Source: Malacoraja senta
Lineage: Eukaryota
Assembly (NCBI GenBank): GCA_038087875.1
Contig: JAXLNO010000319.1
Location: 186,001-250,000, forward strand
DNA length: 64,000 nt
Direction: 5' to 3'
In this document: in pieces, positions 23,538 to 35,979 of the stretch
Numbering within the stretch: the stretch's first letter is position 1
Layout: each line of letters starts with the position of its first letter
The notes under the pieces: model-generated
Seen by the model: the letters and a program-made list of their open reading frames with translations, nothing else
Databases searched by the model: none
Told to the model about the DNA's origin: nothing
Position numbers and translations under genes: made by a program

Positions 23538-26500
23538 TTACTTCGGAGTCACGTGAGTGACTACGTGAAGAAGATTCCGTCCAGCCGCACACGCGTCATA
23601 TCTTCAGATGCATAGCGCAGCGACCATGTGTGGACTCTGCTCCTCCAAGCGGTAAGTTTAAAAAGCCTGAAGGTAAGTGGTTTCACATTCGCTTTTAGGT
23701 CGCCTTCCTCGAAGAGACTTGTAGTTGTAAGACACACAAGTTAGTATGGAGAGAGGGCGTAAAGGGAGGAGGCGTACCGCAGGTAAAACTCAAGAAGAGT
23801 TTTGAGGAGTCGGTGGCAGCGAGGCCATCAACTCCAGATGCGGTAGAAGAAAGTATCGTTGCAGCGCCATTAGGGCGCAAGGCCGAGCAAAAGTCCGTGA
23901 GGCCATTAGACTCTGAGGAGTCAGACCCGGAGCTTACCCCGCCTCAGGCAGACGTTATGGCTGCTCGGGTCGCCAGTTTAGAATTCCTCATGGGGAAAAT
24001 TATTTATTTTACTTCGGAGTCACGTGAGTGACTACGTGAAGAAGACCCCGTCCAGCCGCACACGCGTCATTATCGATCAGACGCATAGCGTTCATGACCG
24101 TGTGTGGAGGAGCAGCAGCTCCTCCAGGCGGCGAGTAAAGCAAATTTAAAGTAAAAATCGGACAAGGTTAGTGGTTTCGTTTTTACTTACAGGGCGCTTT
24201 TCTTCCCGCTCAGACGTGTTGGCAGAGGTCCACACACACTCAGAATGGAGAAAGGGCGTAGGGGAAGGAGAGGCCAGGGACGCACCGCGGGTAAAACCCC
24301 CGATGCTAAGGGTAGCGGGCGTCAGGAAGAGGAGGCAGTGGCATCGAAGCCATCAACTCCTGTTACGGTCGAATGTGTCGTTAAACCGCTGGCGGCGGGG
24401 CGCAAGGCAGGACAAAAGTCGGCCCGACCTGTAGACTCGGATGAGTCAGACCCGGAGGTATACCCGCCTACAGCAGAAAACGTTATGGCTGCAAGGGTCG
24501 CCAGTTTAGACCTCCTGATGGGGAATGATTTATAAAGAACCCCACAGGAGGAATCAGGTCGGTGTTGGCCAATGGAGGATACAGCACAGGGTGTGCCTTG
24601 GTTGGGACAGGCACAAGGGTGGCATACAGGAGAGCCATCAGAAATGACTGTGCAAAGTTATTACAGTGGTTGGCCTACAGGAGAGCCAGTGCCAGAAATG
24701 CCTGAAAAAAGGCAGTATATGTGCTGGCCTACTGAAGAGCCAGTACCAGAAAAGTCTCAAAAAAGACAGTACATACGTACTTATGTGCCAGCACCGAAAG
24801 TTCCTAAAAGGGAAAAATAAGAAGCGTTGGCCTAGAGTTGAGCCAGCGCCAGCAGCACCTGAAACAGGGCGGCCTATCCGTGGGCCTATAAGAGAGCCCG
24901 CGCAGGGGGAATCTGGCATAGACTTACCTGAAACAGGGGAGCCAGAATTTACCCAACCTGAAGAGGAACATCTAGATTCAGAAGATGAATTCTATGAGGA
25001 TGAGAGCCCATTATCAGAACTGAAAGTTCCTGGACTAGCACAAAAGTTTGCTGTTCCTAGAATAAAAGGGGAAACTTTGAGGGATGAAATAGCAATGACT
25101 ATAAATTATCTACTCTCCCATCAGCACAGGAAGTAACTGTGGATGAGACTATGAAACAGTATGAGCCTCGGAGAATTGTGAATTGCTGACAGTTCCAGCA
25201 GTGAATAACTTGATATGGGGTTATTTGAGCATTGGTTTACGCTCACAAGAATTGAAATTGCAACATGTATTGAAATTGCTGGGGTCAGGCATCACGGCAT
25301 TTGCCAGAGGATTGGATGATGATTTTGTATCAGATTCACAACAAGATGCTTTAGCACTGATGTGTGGTGCGCACTTTGAAATAAATTGTATTCGTAAAAA
25401 TGCAATAAGACCAAATATTCACCCTAAGTATGCAGGGCTCTGCAAACCAACCAACATACAAATGCCTAAATCTGCTGTTTGGAGAGTTAAAAAAACAAAA
25501 AAACCTGATTGGTATGATGATGCGACCACCAATGCTGAGCAGAGCAGTGCGAAGGCAGTATCCCTACAGGCGGAATGCTGGTGCTGGAGAAGGAACAAGT
25601 CGATCATTCTCGTATACACGTTGGCGTGCTGCACCGGGGATACGTGGAGGTTAAAATATGCCTACCAGAAGGGGACAACAATGGCCGGTGGCAAACCCCG
25701 AGGTAGGGGGTCCTGGTCTGGTAAGGAAGACAAATTATTTATTTATTCTAAACAGCATTGTAGGATTCAAAATTGAGTTCTATCCACATTTGGATCCTCC
25801 AAGGCAAGAAAATTCAAACTGGTCACGAATTTTCTCAAAAGAAGAGAATAAGTTGATCAAAGGAGAATTAGAAACTTTAACCAAAAAGGGGGTAATAGAG
25901 AAGTCAGTAGAACAACACCATCAGTTTGTATCAAATATTTTCCCAAAAACAAAAAAGGATGGTGGATATAGAATCATATTGGATCTGACAAATCTTAGCA
26001 TTGCCCAATGGTCTGACTTCAGCACCAAGATTATTCACTAAATTGCTCAAACCAATTTTAGCTGTTAAGAGCTGAGGGCCATGTATTAATGGCTTATTTA
26101 CATGATATCCTCATTGTAGGGGAGACTTTGGCTGCTGCAAAATTGTCAGTATCCAGAGTCAAATACATTTTGAGAAATTAGGTTTCATTATTCACCTACA
26201 AAAATCTAAATTGTTACCAAGCAAAAACATTGATTACCTGGGGGTCACAATTAACTCCGAACACATGGTAATCACTTTGCCAAAAGATAAAAAGCTGCAG
26301 TTAATTGAAGGTTGCATAAAACTCATTAACGAGGACACACCTTCAATTAGAGAAGTGGCAAGCTTGCTAGGCAAATTAATTGCAGGGTTTTTAAGCGGTC
26401 ACGTTTGGACCATTGCATTAGCAATGTTTACAGAGAGCTAAGGTACAAGCGTTAAAAATGAATAGAGGGCATTTTGACAGGCCCATGAAATTAACAATTC

Positions 26501-26899
26501 AATCCATTACAGAAATAGAATGGTGGATTAACAATGTTTCTAATCCTTCCAGAAAAGTTCTGGTAGAAACACCTTCCGTCACTCTACAGACTGATGTAAG
26601 TGCGCTGAGTTGGGGCGCTACTAACATGATTTCCAGCTGTGGAGGTAGGTGGAATGTGAATGAAGTACCTTTGCTGGAAAATCTGGGAATCAATTACCTA
26701 GGGCTATCAGGCGCATTTTACGGCCTTAGAGCTTATTGCACTGATATGGGAAATGTGCATGTTCAGGTACAGGTTGACAATACTACAGCTGTAGCATACA
26801 TAAATCACATGGGTGGTATAAAATCAGAATCATGTGATAAATTGGCAAATGAAATTTGGACCTGGGGTATTGCCAGAAAAATTTGGCTCAGCAATATAT

Positions 26900-27390
26900 T
26901 TACCAGGTAAAAATCAATACAATTGCAGACAAAAGATCACGTACATTTAATGATAATACAGAATGGATGTTAAGTCGGAAAATATTCACACAAATTATCA
27001 CACAATTTGGAATGCCAGAAATTGATCTGTTTGCATCAAGATTGAACCACCAGTTGCCTAAGTATGTGTCATGGGAACCTGATCCTGGAGCAGTAGCGGT
27101 GGATGCTTTCTCGCTACATTGGGGTGGTATGTTTCTGTATGCGTTTCCGCCATTTTGTTTAATCCACAGATGCATACAGAAAATTAAACAAGATTCAGCC
27201 TCAGGGATTTTTGTAGTACCAGATTGGCCTAAACAGCTATGGTACCCACTGGTGTTAAAAATAATCAAAAACAAAAACAATAAAAAACCTTATGGTTATT
27301 CCAAAGCAGATTAAACTGCTTGTACACCCTGTGACTGATCAACCACATCCTTTACATGATCGTATTGGTTTGTTGATTTGCAGATTCTAA
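26900..27390 (+). pseudogene. DIRS Dam-like (N6-adenine) DNA methyltransferase domain
   Basis: Reads EIDLFASRLNHQ...VDAFSLHW...YAFPPF...VVPDWP, the typical DIRS1 methyltransferase module after RNase H. Confidence 0.75.
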
Positions 27391-28370
27391 GAAGGCCATA
27401 TCTTGGAAAGGATTATCAGACCGTACGGTGGATGTTATGACAGCAGCCTGGAGGAATAGTACCCAGAAGCAGTATATCTCCTATATAAAGAAATGGGAGG
27501 AGTTTTGTTCAGGGAATCATATTGCATATAACCCAGCAGAAATTTCAGATGTAATAGAGTTCCTTTCTACTCTATACTATGAATTAAAATTAAGTTATAG
27601 TGCAATTAATACTGCACGAAGTGCACTCTCTGCATATTTAAGCAGTGAATCAGAACAAACTCCAATAGGAGCACATCCTTGGGTCGGTAGGTTTATGAAA
27701 GGAATTTTCAACTCTAATCCTCCCAGACCTAGGTATACAGAAATTTGGAATGTAGAAGATGTACTGATGTTGCTAAGGAATTGGAATCCAGTTGAAACTC
27801 TGTGATTATCCAAAATCACCATGAAATTGGTTATGCTCATGGCATTAGTTTCAGCTTAGAGAGTTCAAACATTACAGAAACTCAGAATTGATAGAATGAA
27901 CGTAGGGCCAAATGCCGTGACATTCTATGTCTATGATTTACTGAAGCAAAGTAGACCTGAGTTCACAGGATGCAAGTTGGAATTTTTAGCACATCCTACA
28001 GATCCACGACTGCGTGTAGTAACATATGTGAAATGTTACATAGAAAAAACAAAAGTTTTAAGAGGGACCGAATTGGCATTTTTTATTAGTCACAAAAAGC
28101 CTCATAAGAAAGTGTCAACACAAACAATTTCACGACGGTTGAAACAGGTGTTGAGGTATTCAGGTATTGATACTGATAAAATTAAATCTCATACCCCCAG
28201 GGCGGCATCAACATCAGCGGCCAGGGATTCAGACGTGCAATAGACCTTATTCTCGCGGCCGCAGGATGGGCAAGTGAACAGATGTTTCACAAGTATTACC
28301 ATAAGGAGATTAAAGATTTCAGAGGGTTTGGTGATGCCGTGCTGGATACAGTATTAAATCCCCCATTATA
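27384..28370 (+). pseudogene. DIRS #3 tyrosine recombinase (stops and frameshift)
   Basis: ORFs 27428..27805 and 27896..28243, with SHTPRAAS, AGW and FHKYY. Confidence 0.8.
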
Positions 28371-28910
28371 ATAAATGGGCCTAATTTTGTTACTTTTATT
28401 AAAATAAATAAAACCATTAACTGATTACATTCAAATGTTGTGGTTATGCATTGTTGATTGTGCTTACTCAAATAAAGTCAATCGATGCAGTGAACACCTG
28501 GATTTGAATCCACGGTGTGAACTCACAGAGCTTTGAAATCTTCACGTAGTCACTCACGTGACTCCGAAGTAAAATAGTAAGATTAAACGAGAACTTACCA
28601 GTTTGCAGTTTGATCTTTATTTTATGAGGAGTAACGTTGAGGGATTACGTGCCGTCCGCTCCCACCCTCATAAAAGGATCAAGCTGGTAGTTCTAAGTCT
28701 TTATGCATCTTACCATCATACTTCAGTAATTATCGTCTGTGATTGTCACTCCGCTGCTTTGAAAGATTGACGCGTGTGCGGCTGGACGGGATCTTCTTCA
28801 CGTAATCCCTCAACGTTACTCCTCATAAAATAAAGATCAAACTTCAAACTGGTAAGTTCTGGTTTAATCTTACTATTAAGACCCACTCCATGAGGAATAC
28901 AGCCCGCATT

Positions 28911-29234
28911 GGCCTACGGGAGAGCCAGCGCAGGGAGTGCCTTGAATGGATCGGGCTCAGCCTTGGCCTACAGGAGAGCCAGCGCCAGCAATGCCTGAAC
29001 AAATGCATTTTATGCGTTGGCCTACAGGAGAACCAGCGCCAACAATGTCTGAAGGAAGACAGTATAGGCGTTGGCCTACAAGAGAGCCAGCGCCAGCAGC
29101 AACCGAAAGAGGGCTGATTATGCGTGGGCCTACAGGAGAGCCCGCGCGGGGAGCACCTGGAAAAGGGTTTACTATGCGTGGGCCTATGGGAGAGCCAGTG
29201 CTAGAAACACCTGAAGCAGGGATGCCAGATCGCC
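28911..29234 (+). repeat. 6 x 54-bp coding tandem repeat in DIRS #2 gag
   Basis: ggcctacaggagagcc-type units start at 28911, 28965, 29019, 29073, 29127 and 29181. Peptide unit is (W/G)PTGEPAP... Confidence 0.85.
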
Positions 29235-31163
29235 CCCACCATGAGGAGGAGCAGCAAGATTCAGATGACGAATCATATGAGGACCAGAGCCCAATAACAG
29301 AGTCTAAAATACCAGGTCTGGCACAAATAATTGCTGTTCCTAGACTAACAGGGTGACCATTGGGAGATAAATTAGCAATGACTATAACTTACTTGCGCTC
29401 TCATCAGCTCCAGGAATTGACCATGGATGAGACTGTCAAAAAATATGAAACCCCGCAGAATTGCGCACTGCTAGCTCTCCCAGCGGTGAATAATGTAATA
29501 TGGGGCTATTTGGGCATTGCAGTACGCGCAGAAGAAATGCAATTACAGCGGGTGTTGAAATTGCTGGGGTCAGGCATTACGGCTTTCGCCAGAGACTTGG
29601 ATGAGGAGCACGTGTCTGCATCACAACAGGATGCCTTAGCACTCATGTGTTGTGCGCACTTTGAAATAAACTGTATTCGTAAAAGTGCTATAAGACCTAA
29701 CATTCACCCTAAGTTTGCGGGGCTCTGTAAACCATCTAATATTCAATTGCCTAATCTGCTTTTTGGAGAGAATCTAGCCAAAAGGGTAAAAGACCTGAAT
29801 GAAGAAGCAAAAACCGTGGGGATGATGAAACCACCTGTGCTTGGCAGATCAATTCGAAGACATGTTTCCCTACCGACGTGTGGTGACTGGGGCCGGTGAA
29901 GGAACAAGTCGGTCTTTCCCATATATGCGTTATTGGCGCACTGCTCCTGGGGCACGTGGAGGTTACAGTATTACCACTAAGATCAGCGGGGCAACATTTG
30001 CCATCGGCAAACCCCGAGGTAGGTGGGTCTGGTCCTGTAAGAGACGTATTAAATGTTTCACATTCACAAGCTGGAGGAAGATTACAATTCTTCCTAAAAG
30101 AATGGCAAAAAATAACATCTGATGCATTTATACTGTGCAGTATTGTGGGATTTATAATTGAATTCTCCCCATATTTGGATCCTCCTACTCAGCATATTTC
30201 AAGACGGACACGTATTTTCTCAAAAGAAGAGAATATGCAGATTCAGGCAGAACTTGAAATATTGTGTAAAAAAGGTGTAATTGAGAAGTCAGTTGACCAA
30301 CACCACCAGTTTGTGTCAAGTATTTGTCCTAGTGCAAAAAGGACGGTGGGTGTAGAATTATTCTGGATCTGACAAGTCTTAACCCTTTTGTGCAGTATAA
30401 ACATTTTAAAATGGAGACATTTGCCAATGCCATACAGCTAATTTCAAGAAAATGCTATATGGCTAGCGTAGATCTTCAAGATACATATTATTCAGTGGCT
30501 GTGCATGCTAATGATCGGAGATACTTAAAATTTAGACGGATGAGTCAATTATGGGAATTTATAGCATTGCCTAATGGTTTAACCTCAGCTCCGTGACTAT
30601 TTACCAAATTGTTAAAACCAATCTTAGCACTACAAAGAGCTCAGGGCCATTTTCTAATGGCCTATTTGGATTATATTCTGATTCTGGGAGACACTCGGGC
30701 TACAACAGAAGCATCAGTGTCAAGAATTAAGCTCACTTTCGAGAGGCTGGGATTGATTATCCACCCAGATAAATCCAAACTATTACCAAGCACAGTAATG
30801 GATTACTTGGGTTTCACTATTAATTCAGAACACATGGCAGTGACTCTGCCCAAGGATAAAAGGCTGCAGTTAATTGAAGGTTGTATTAAGCTCATCACAG
30901 AACTCAAGATGGCTGCCGTTGCTGCGTGAGGGTTTTACACAAGCTCTAGCCTGCAGGCTCAACTATTTGTCAATTTGATGGCGTTCTGAGATTCCGTCGA
31001 AACTCTAACTCGCCTGGTGTCAATGAACAATTTTTGGTGAATTTAAAAAGCAAGGTAGAACAATTTAACTAATTATTAATTACTGGACTATCTTCTATCT
31101 TCTACCTTCTATTATCTTCTACCTTCTACTTTTCGCTGAGTGGAAAAGACTACTGGTTTTACA

Positions 31164-31949
31164 ATGGGCGAGCCAATTGCCCTCCAAAGTGTCTTGGATA
31201 ATATGCAGCAAATGCAGCTCAACATGATATTACATATGGACAATAAAATTGATCCAATTGGAGTAAGCCTGATTAACATTGAAGGCTCACTTCAAACGCT
31301 TGGAGAGCAAGTAACGGAGCTTGAGCATAGAGTTAGCTCCAATGAGGATAATATAATGGACCTGGTCGGATGTGTAAAATTACTTGAAAAAGAAAACGCT
31401 GACCTGAAAACTTGGGCAGCTGACGCTGAGAACAGAAGCAGACGTTCCAACTTACGTTTTGTCGGCATTCCCGAGAGGGTCGAGTCAAAAGATATTTCCC
31501 GATTCACAGGCCGTCTGATACCGCAGCTTTTTGGTGAGGCGAATTTCCCCACTCCTCTAGAGGTTGAGCGTTGTCACCGTGCTGGTCGCAAGGATAACTC
31601 CAGAGCCAAGGGTCCGAGGCCTATCCTGGTGAAGTTCCACTATTTCCAGGATAAGCTGAAGATAATGAAGCTCTCCCAGGAGAAAAATGTGCCCCTTGAT
31701 TACAATGGAGCTCGGGTTCATGTCTACCCGGACTTCAGCGCTGCTCTTGTCCGGAGACGCCGGGAGTATGATGCGGCTAAGAAGAAGCTACGCGACCGTG
31801 ACATTAAATATGCATTGATCTTTCCCTGCACACTGAGAGTTGTCTACGCTGGCAAGACACAGTTCTTTCGTACTCCTGATGAAGTTGAGACATTTTTTGG
31901 TGAGGTTTCCTCCACTAACTCCTCCATGGACTCTGATATAACAGCCTAA
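31164..31949 (+). CDS. LINE ORF1p, L1/Transposase_22-type (coiled coil, RRM, CTD)
   Basis: Open frame with AENRSRRSNLRFVGIPE, VERCHR, PRPILVKF, VYPDFS and YALIFPCTLRV. Confidence 0.8.
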   Translation: MGEPIALQSVLDNMQQMQLNMILHMDNKIDPIGVSLINIEGSLQTLGEQVTELEHRVSSNEDNIMDLVGCVKLLEKENADLKTWAADAENRSRRSNLRFVGIPERVESKDISRFTGRLIPQLFGEANFPTPLEVERCHRAGRKDNSRAKGPRPILVKFHYFQDKLKIMKLSQEKNVPLDYNGARVHVYPDFSAALVRRRREYDAAKKKLRDRDIKYALIFPCTLRVVYAGKTQFFRTPDEVETFFGEVSSTNSSMDSDITA

Positions 31950-32529
31950 TGTTGGTGGCCAGTGGCTGGTGATAGCGTTAGCACAATAATGCTGTTTGCC
32001 TATGAACTTTGTGTTTATCTGGTTTTGGTTGTATTTTTCTTGATTTTGATAAACTGATGCCAGTGGGTCCCCTTGTAATTATATAATCGCTGGACAACCA
32101 TTGATTTTTCTGTTTTATTTGCAAAGTTAAAACTGGCATGAGAGTTGTTATGATTGATGCTGCTTTACTACTGTTGCAGTAAAAAGTGTTGCAATTGCCG
32201 TAAAAACGTTGTAAAACTAAGAGTTGTTATTTTAGGCTTCATAATGCCCCATTAATTTAAACATAAATGGTCCAGGACCTCATACTTTGATCTATTTGCA
32301 TAAATATGAGCTATGCAGACTGAGGTGTGTATGCTCACTTTGTTTTCTTCTTTTTCTCTCTCTCTCAATGACGCAGCCTGATCTTGTGTGCTTTGTCTGT
32401 CCTGTCTTTTGTGTGTGTGTGTCTGTGTTCATCTGAGTATGTGGTTCTCTCGTCCCCTTTCTCATGCTATTTCCCTGCCTCACTCCCCTGACTTTATCTA
32501 CACCCAATTGATCCATAATTGATACAGCT

Positions 32530-35198
32530 AAAGGTCTAAAAATTATCCACTTGAACATTAGGAGTCTTCTTCCAAAGATAGATTTAATTAGAGTTTGGAT
32601 TGCACAGAATAAACCTGACATAATAACATTTTCAGAAACATGGTTACATAGTGAAATTTATGACAATGATATTCATATTGATAATGTTGTATTATATAGA
32701 GCAGATAGGCCTACGAGAGCTGGAGGTGTGGCTTGTTATGTGTCAACTTGTTTTATATCTGAACTTGCCATCCCTAAAGCAACCTCACTCCTCTTTGAAA
32801 GCCTTTTTATTAGGTTAAACCTTCATGACAATAAACATCTAATTATTGGCACTATCTATCGATCTCCCCTGTTCATCCTGACTCATCTAAGTACTTAATT
32901 TCTACTCTCACCTCTATTGAACACCCATGTAAATTAGTGCTTCTTGGTGACTTCAATAAAAACTGGCTCGATCGCTCCTCTTCTAACGACAAACACTTGC
33001 TTAAAAGTATAAACCTGACCCAGTTAATCAATGAACCTACTAGAGTTCATGGCAATTCTACATCACTATTAGATTGGATTCTTGTTACCCATCCTGACCG
33101 AATCTTAACATCTGCTGTTTTTCAGATTGATTTAGCGATCACTACTATTTTCTGTGTGTGGAAGATTAAACCCTCCCGTCTCCCTCTTAAACATATTCGT
33201 GTTAGACAATGTAGAAAATTAAATTATGATAATTATATGCATGACCTGATTGCAATAAACTGGGATAGGTTTCAACTTATACCAACTGTCGAGGATGGCT
33301 GGAATTATTTATACACTGAAGTCTCAAGAGTTATTGATAAGCATGTCCCCTGGAGAGAAATAAAAGTCAAGGGAAAACATTTACCATGGATTAGTGCTGA
33401 GTTGATCAACCTTTTTAATGAGCGAGATAAAGTTTGGAAGACTTTCAGGGAAACAAAGGACCCTGCTGACTGGGAAAAATATAGTTCCTTAAGGAATCAG
33501 TGTACGACAAAAACACGTAATGCTAAATCAAGTTATTTAAAAAACATCTTTCTGAAGATATGCATAATCCAAAAAAAGTTTTGGAAAAGACTAAACAATG
33601 TTCTTAATAAATCAACTCAAAATATTAGAACTCAGATTCGGGTCAATAATGACATCATTCAGGACCCTGCTGATATATCCAATGCTTTTAACCAGCACTT
33701 CTCCACTGTAGGTAGTTCTACTGTATTTGATTCATCTATTATATGTGACTTTCCAGCTACCTCTACAAGTAGAAGCTCTTTTTCTTTTCAAAAAATCAAA
33801 CCTGTTGATGTTCAACATGTTATTAATGAACTAAAGGATGATTGTGGATCTGGACCAGCTGGTATTGAGACTAAATTCATTAAGTTAGGAGCTAATATTT
33901 TAATGTACCCACTATGCGACCTGTTTAATTTGTCTTTCTCAACTTGTACCCTCCCTTCCGCATGGAAGTGTGCCAATGTTACTCCACTGCATAAGGGAGG
34001 CGACCCACACGATATTAACAATTACCGCCCCATCTCAATTATCAACTCGGTGGCTAAAATCCTTGAGAAACTAGTGTTCAACCAGCTATCACATTATGTC
34101 TCAACTTTCAATATTCTATCTCCATGCCAGTCTGGGTTCAGACCTAAACACTCCACAACTACAGCTCTGTTAAAACTTACCAGCGATGTGTTCACTGCTT
34201 CCGAGGATGGTAAACTCACCGGTGCCATCTTTCTTGATCTAACCAAGGCCTTTGATGTTGTTGACCACTACCTACTGCTTGATAAACTTTACTCTATTGG
34301 TCTTTCTCGAAACAATCTACTGTGGTTTAACTCATACCTTCATAACAGACGCCAATGTGTCACCATTAATGCAAGTCAATCCAATTTCTTAATTGTTGAG
34401 AAGGGGGTCCCGCAAGGTTCGTCCTTGGGACCACTCCTTTTCTCTATTTTCATAAACGACTTACCCAATATCTGTTCTGACTGTCAAATACAACTATATG
34501 CCGATGATGCGGTGCTATATACATCTAGTACTGACAAGTCTGAAATTGAAAGAACCCTTCAATCAGATCTTATTTCTGTTCAGAAATGGCTATTATTTAA
34601 CAAATTAATTTTAAATAAAAATAAATCATGCAGTATGTTATTTGGTACCAGACAAGGCCTTGGTAATTCTGTAGATCTGACTATATCATTTAATGAAGGA
34701 TCACCATTAGAACAAGTATTGAACTTCAAATATCTTGGTGTTTGGCTTGGCCCAACGCTTTCATTTACGCAGCATAGTGAGACGATTACTAAAAAACGTA
34801 GCTGTAATCTAGCTATTCTTTACCGCCATATAAATTGTTTCACCTTTCAGATGAGAAAAAGAATTGTCTCTCAACTACTACTACCAACACTGGATTATGC
34901 TGATATTGTCTATCAGAATACATTTGATATACATCTTCAACCCCTTAATGTAGTTTATAATAGTCTTTGCAGATTTATTTTAAGGTGTCCATATACAACT
35001 CACCACTGTTCTATGTACGAAACGTTAAACTGGTTATCCCCCCACGCTCGAAGATACTACCACTGGTTCCAGTTCATCTTTAAATGCATCCATCTTAATT
35101 ACCCCACTTATTTAAAACAAGACCTATTACCATACACACCCTCATATTCGCTAAGACATATTCAACAACCCTTCTTTTTCATTCCAAGAACTAACAAA
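32530..35198 (+). pseudogene. LINE ORF2p (APE endonuclease and RT), CR1-group (L2/Crack-like)
   Basis: ORFs 32551..32898 and 32937..35264 have HLNIRSL, FSETWL, LLGDFN, NYRPIS, QSGFRPKHSTTTAL, FLDLTKAFD, GVPQGSSLGPLLF, LYADD and FKYLG. The last ~22 codons of the track ORF are DIRS-derived. Confidence 0.85.
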
Positions 35199-35958
35199 GA
35201 TGATGAAACCACCTGTGCTTGGCAGATCAATTCGAAGACATGTTTCCCTACCGACGTGTGGTGACTGGGGCCGGTGAAGGAACAAGTCGGTCTTTCCCAT
35301 ATATGCGTTATTGGCGCACTGCTCCTGGGGCACGTGGAGGTTACAGTATTACCACTAAGATCAGGGGGCAACATTTGCCATCGGCAAACCCCGAGGTAGG
35401 TGGGTCTGGTCCTGTAAGAGACGTATTAAATGCTTCACATTCACAAGCTGGAGGAAGATTACAATTCTTCCTAAAAGAATGGCAAAAAATAACATCTGAT
35501 GCATTTATACTGTGCAGTATTGTGGGATTTAGAATTGAATTCTATCCATATTTGGATCCTCCTATCAGCATATTTCAAGACGGACACGTATTTTCTCAAA
35601 AGAAGAGAATATGCAGATTCAGGCAGAACTTGAAATATTGTGTAAAAAAGGTGTAATTGAGAAGTCAGTTGACCAACACCACCAGTTTGTGTCAAGTATT
35701 TTTCCAAGTGCAAAAAGGACGGTGGGTGTAGAATTATTCTAGATCTGACAAGTCTTAACCCTTTTGTGCAGTATAAACATTTAAAAATGGAGCCATTTGC
35801 CAATGCCATACAGCTAATTTGAAGAAAATTCTATATGGCTAGCGTAGATCTTCAAGATGCATATTACTCTGTAACTGTGCATGGTAATGATCGGAGATAC
35901 TTAAAATTTAGACGGATGAGTCAATTGTGGTAATTTATAGCATTGCCTAATGGTTTAA
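35199..35958 (+). repeat. ~760-bp direct duplicate of 29821-30582 (DIRS #2 gag end and RT start)
   Basis: Both copies start gatgatgaaaccacc and end cctaatggtttaa, with few differences. Confidence 0.9.
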
Positions 35959-35979
35959 GGAGGCCATATCTCGGAAGAT

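Larger units (their letters stand above)
24005..28877 (+). mobile_element. DIRS1-type retrotransposon #3 (inner), inserted in gag of #2
   Basis: Both termini present, ICR 28540-28651. gag 24245-25700, RT about 25740-26440 with an internal deletion, RNase H 26458..26910, methyltransferase 26856..27314, YR about 27384-28370. Confidence 0.9.
30900..35198 (+). mobile_element. Non-LTR retrotransposon with L1-type ORF1 and L2/Crack-type ORF2, 3'-truncated
   Basis: 5' end caagatggctgcc. ORF1 31164-31949, ORF2 about 32530-35198. No 3'UTR or tail. Confidence 0.8.

Noticed and set aside
28911..29234. CRISPR-like regularly spaced repeats
   Set aside because: Units are degenerate in-frame coding repeats with related spacers, in a eukaryotic retrotransposon gag. 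No cas genes.
32937..35264. LINE RT-DIRS fusion protein
   Set aside because: Only about 22 out-of-frame DIRS codons are appended by a rearrangement. No evidence of function.
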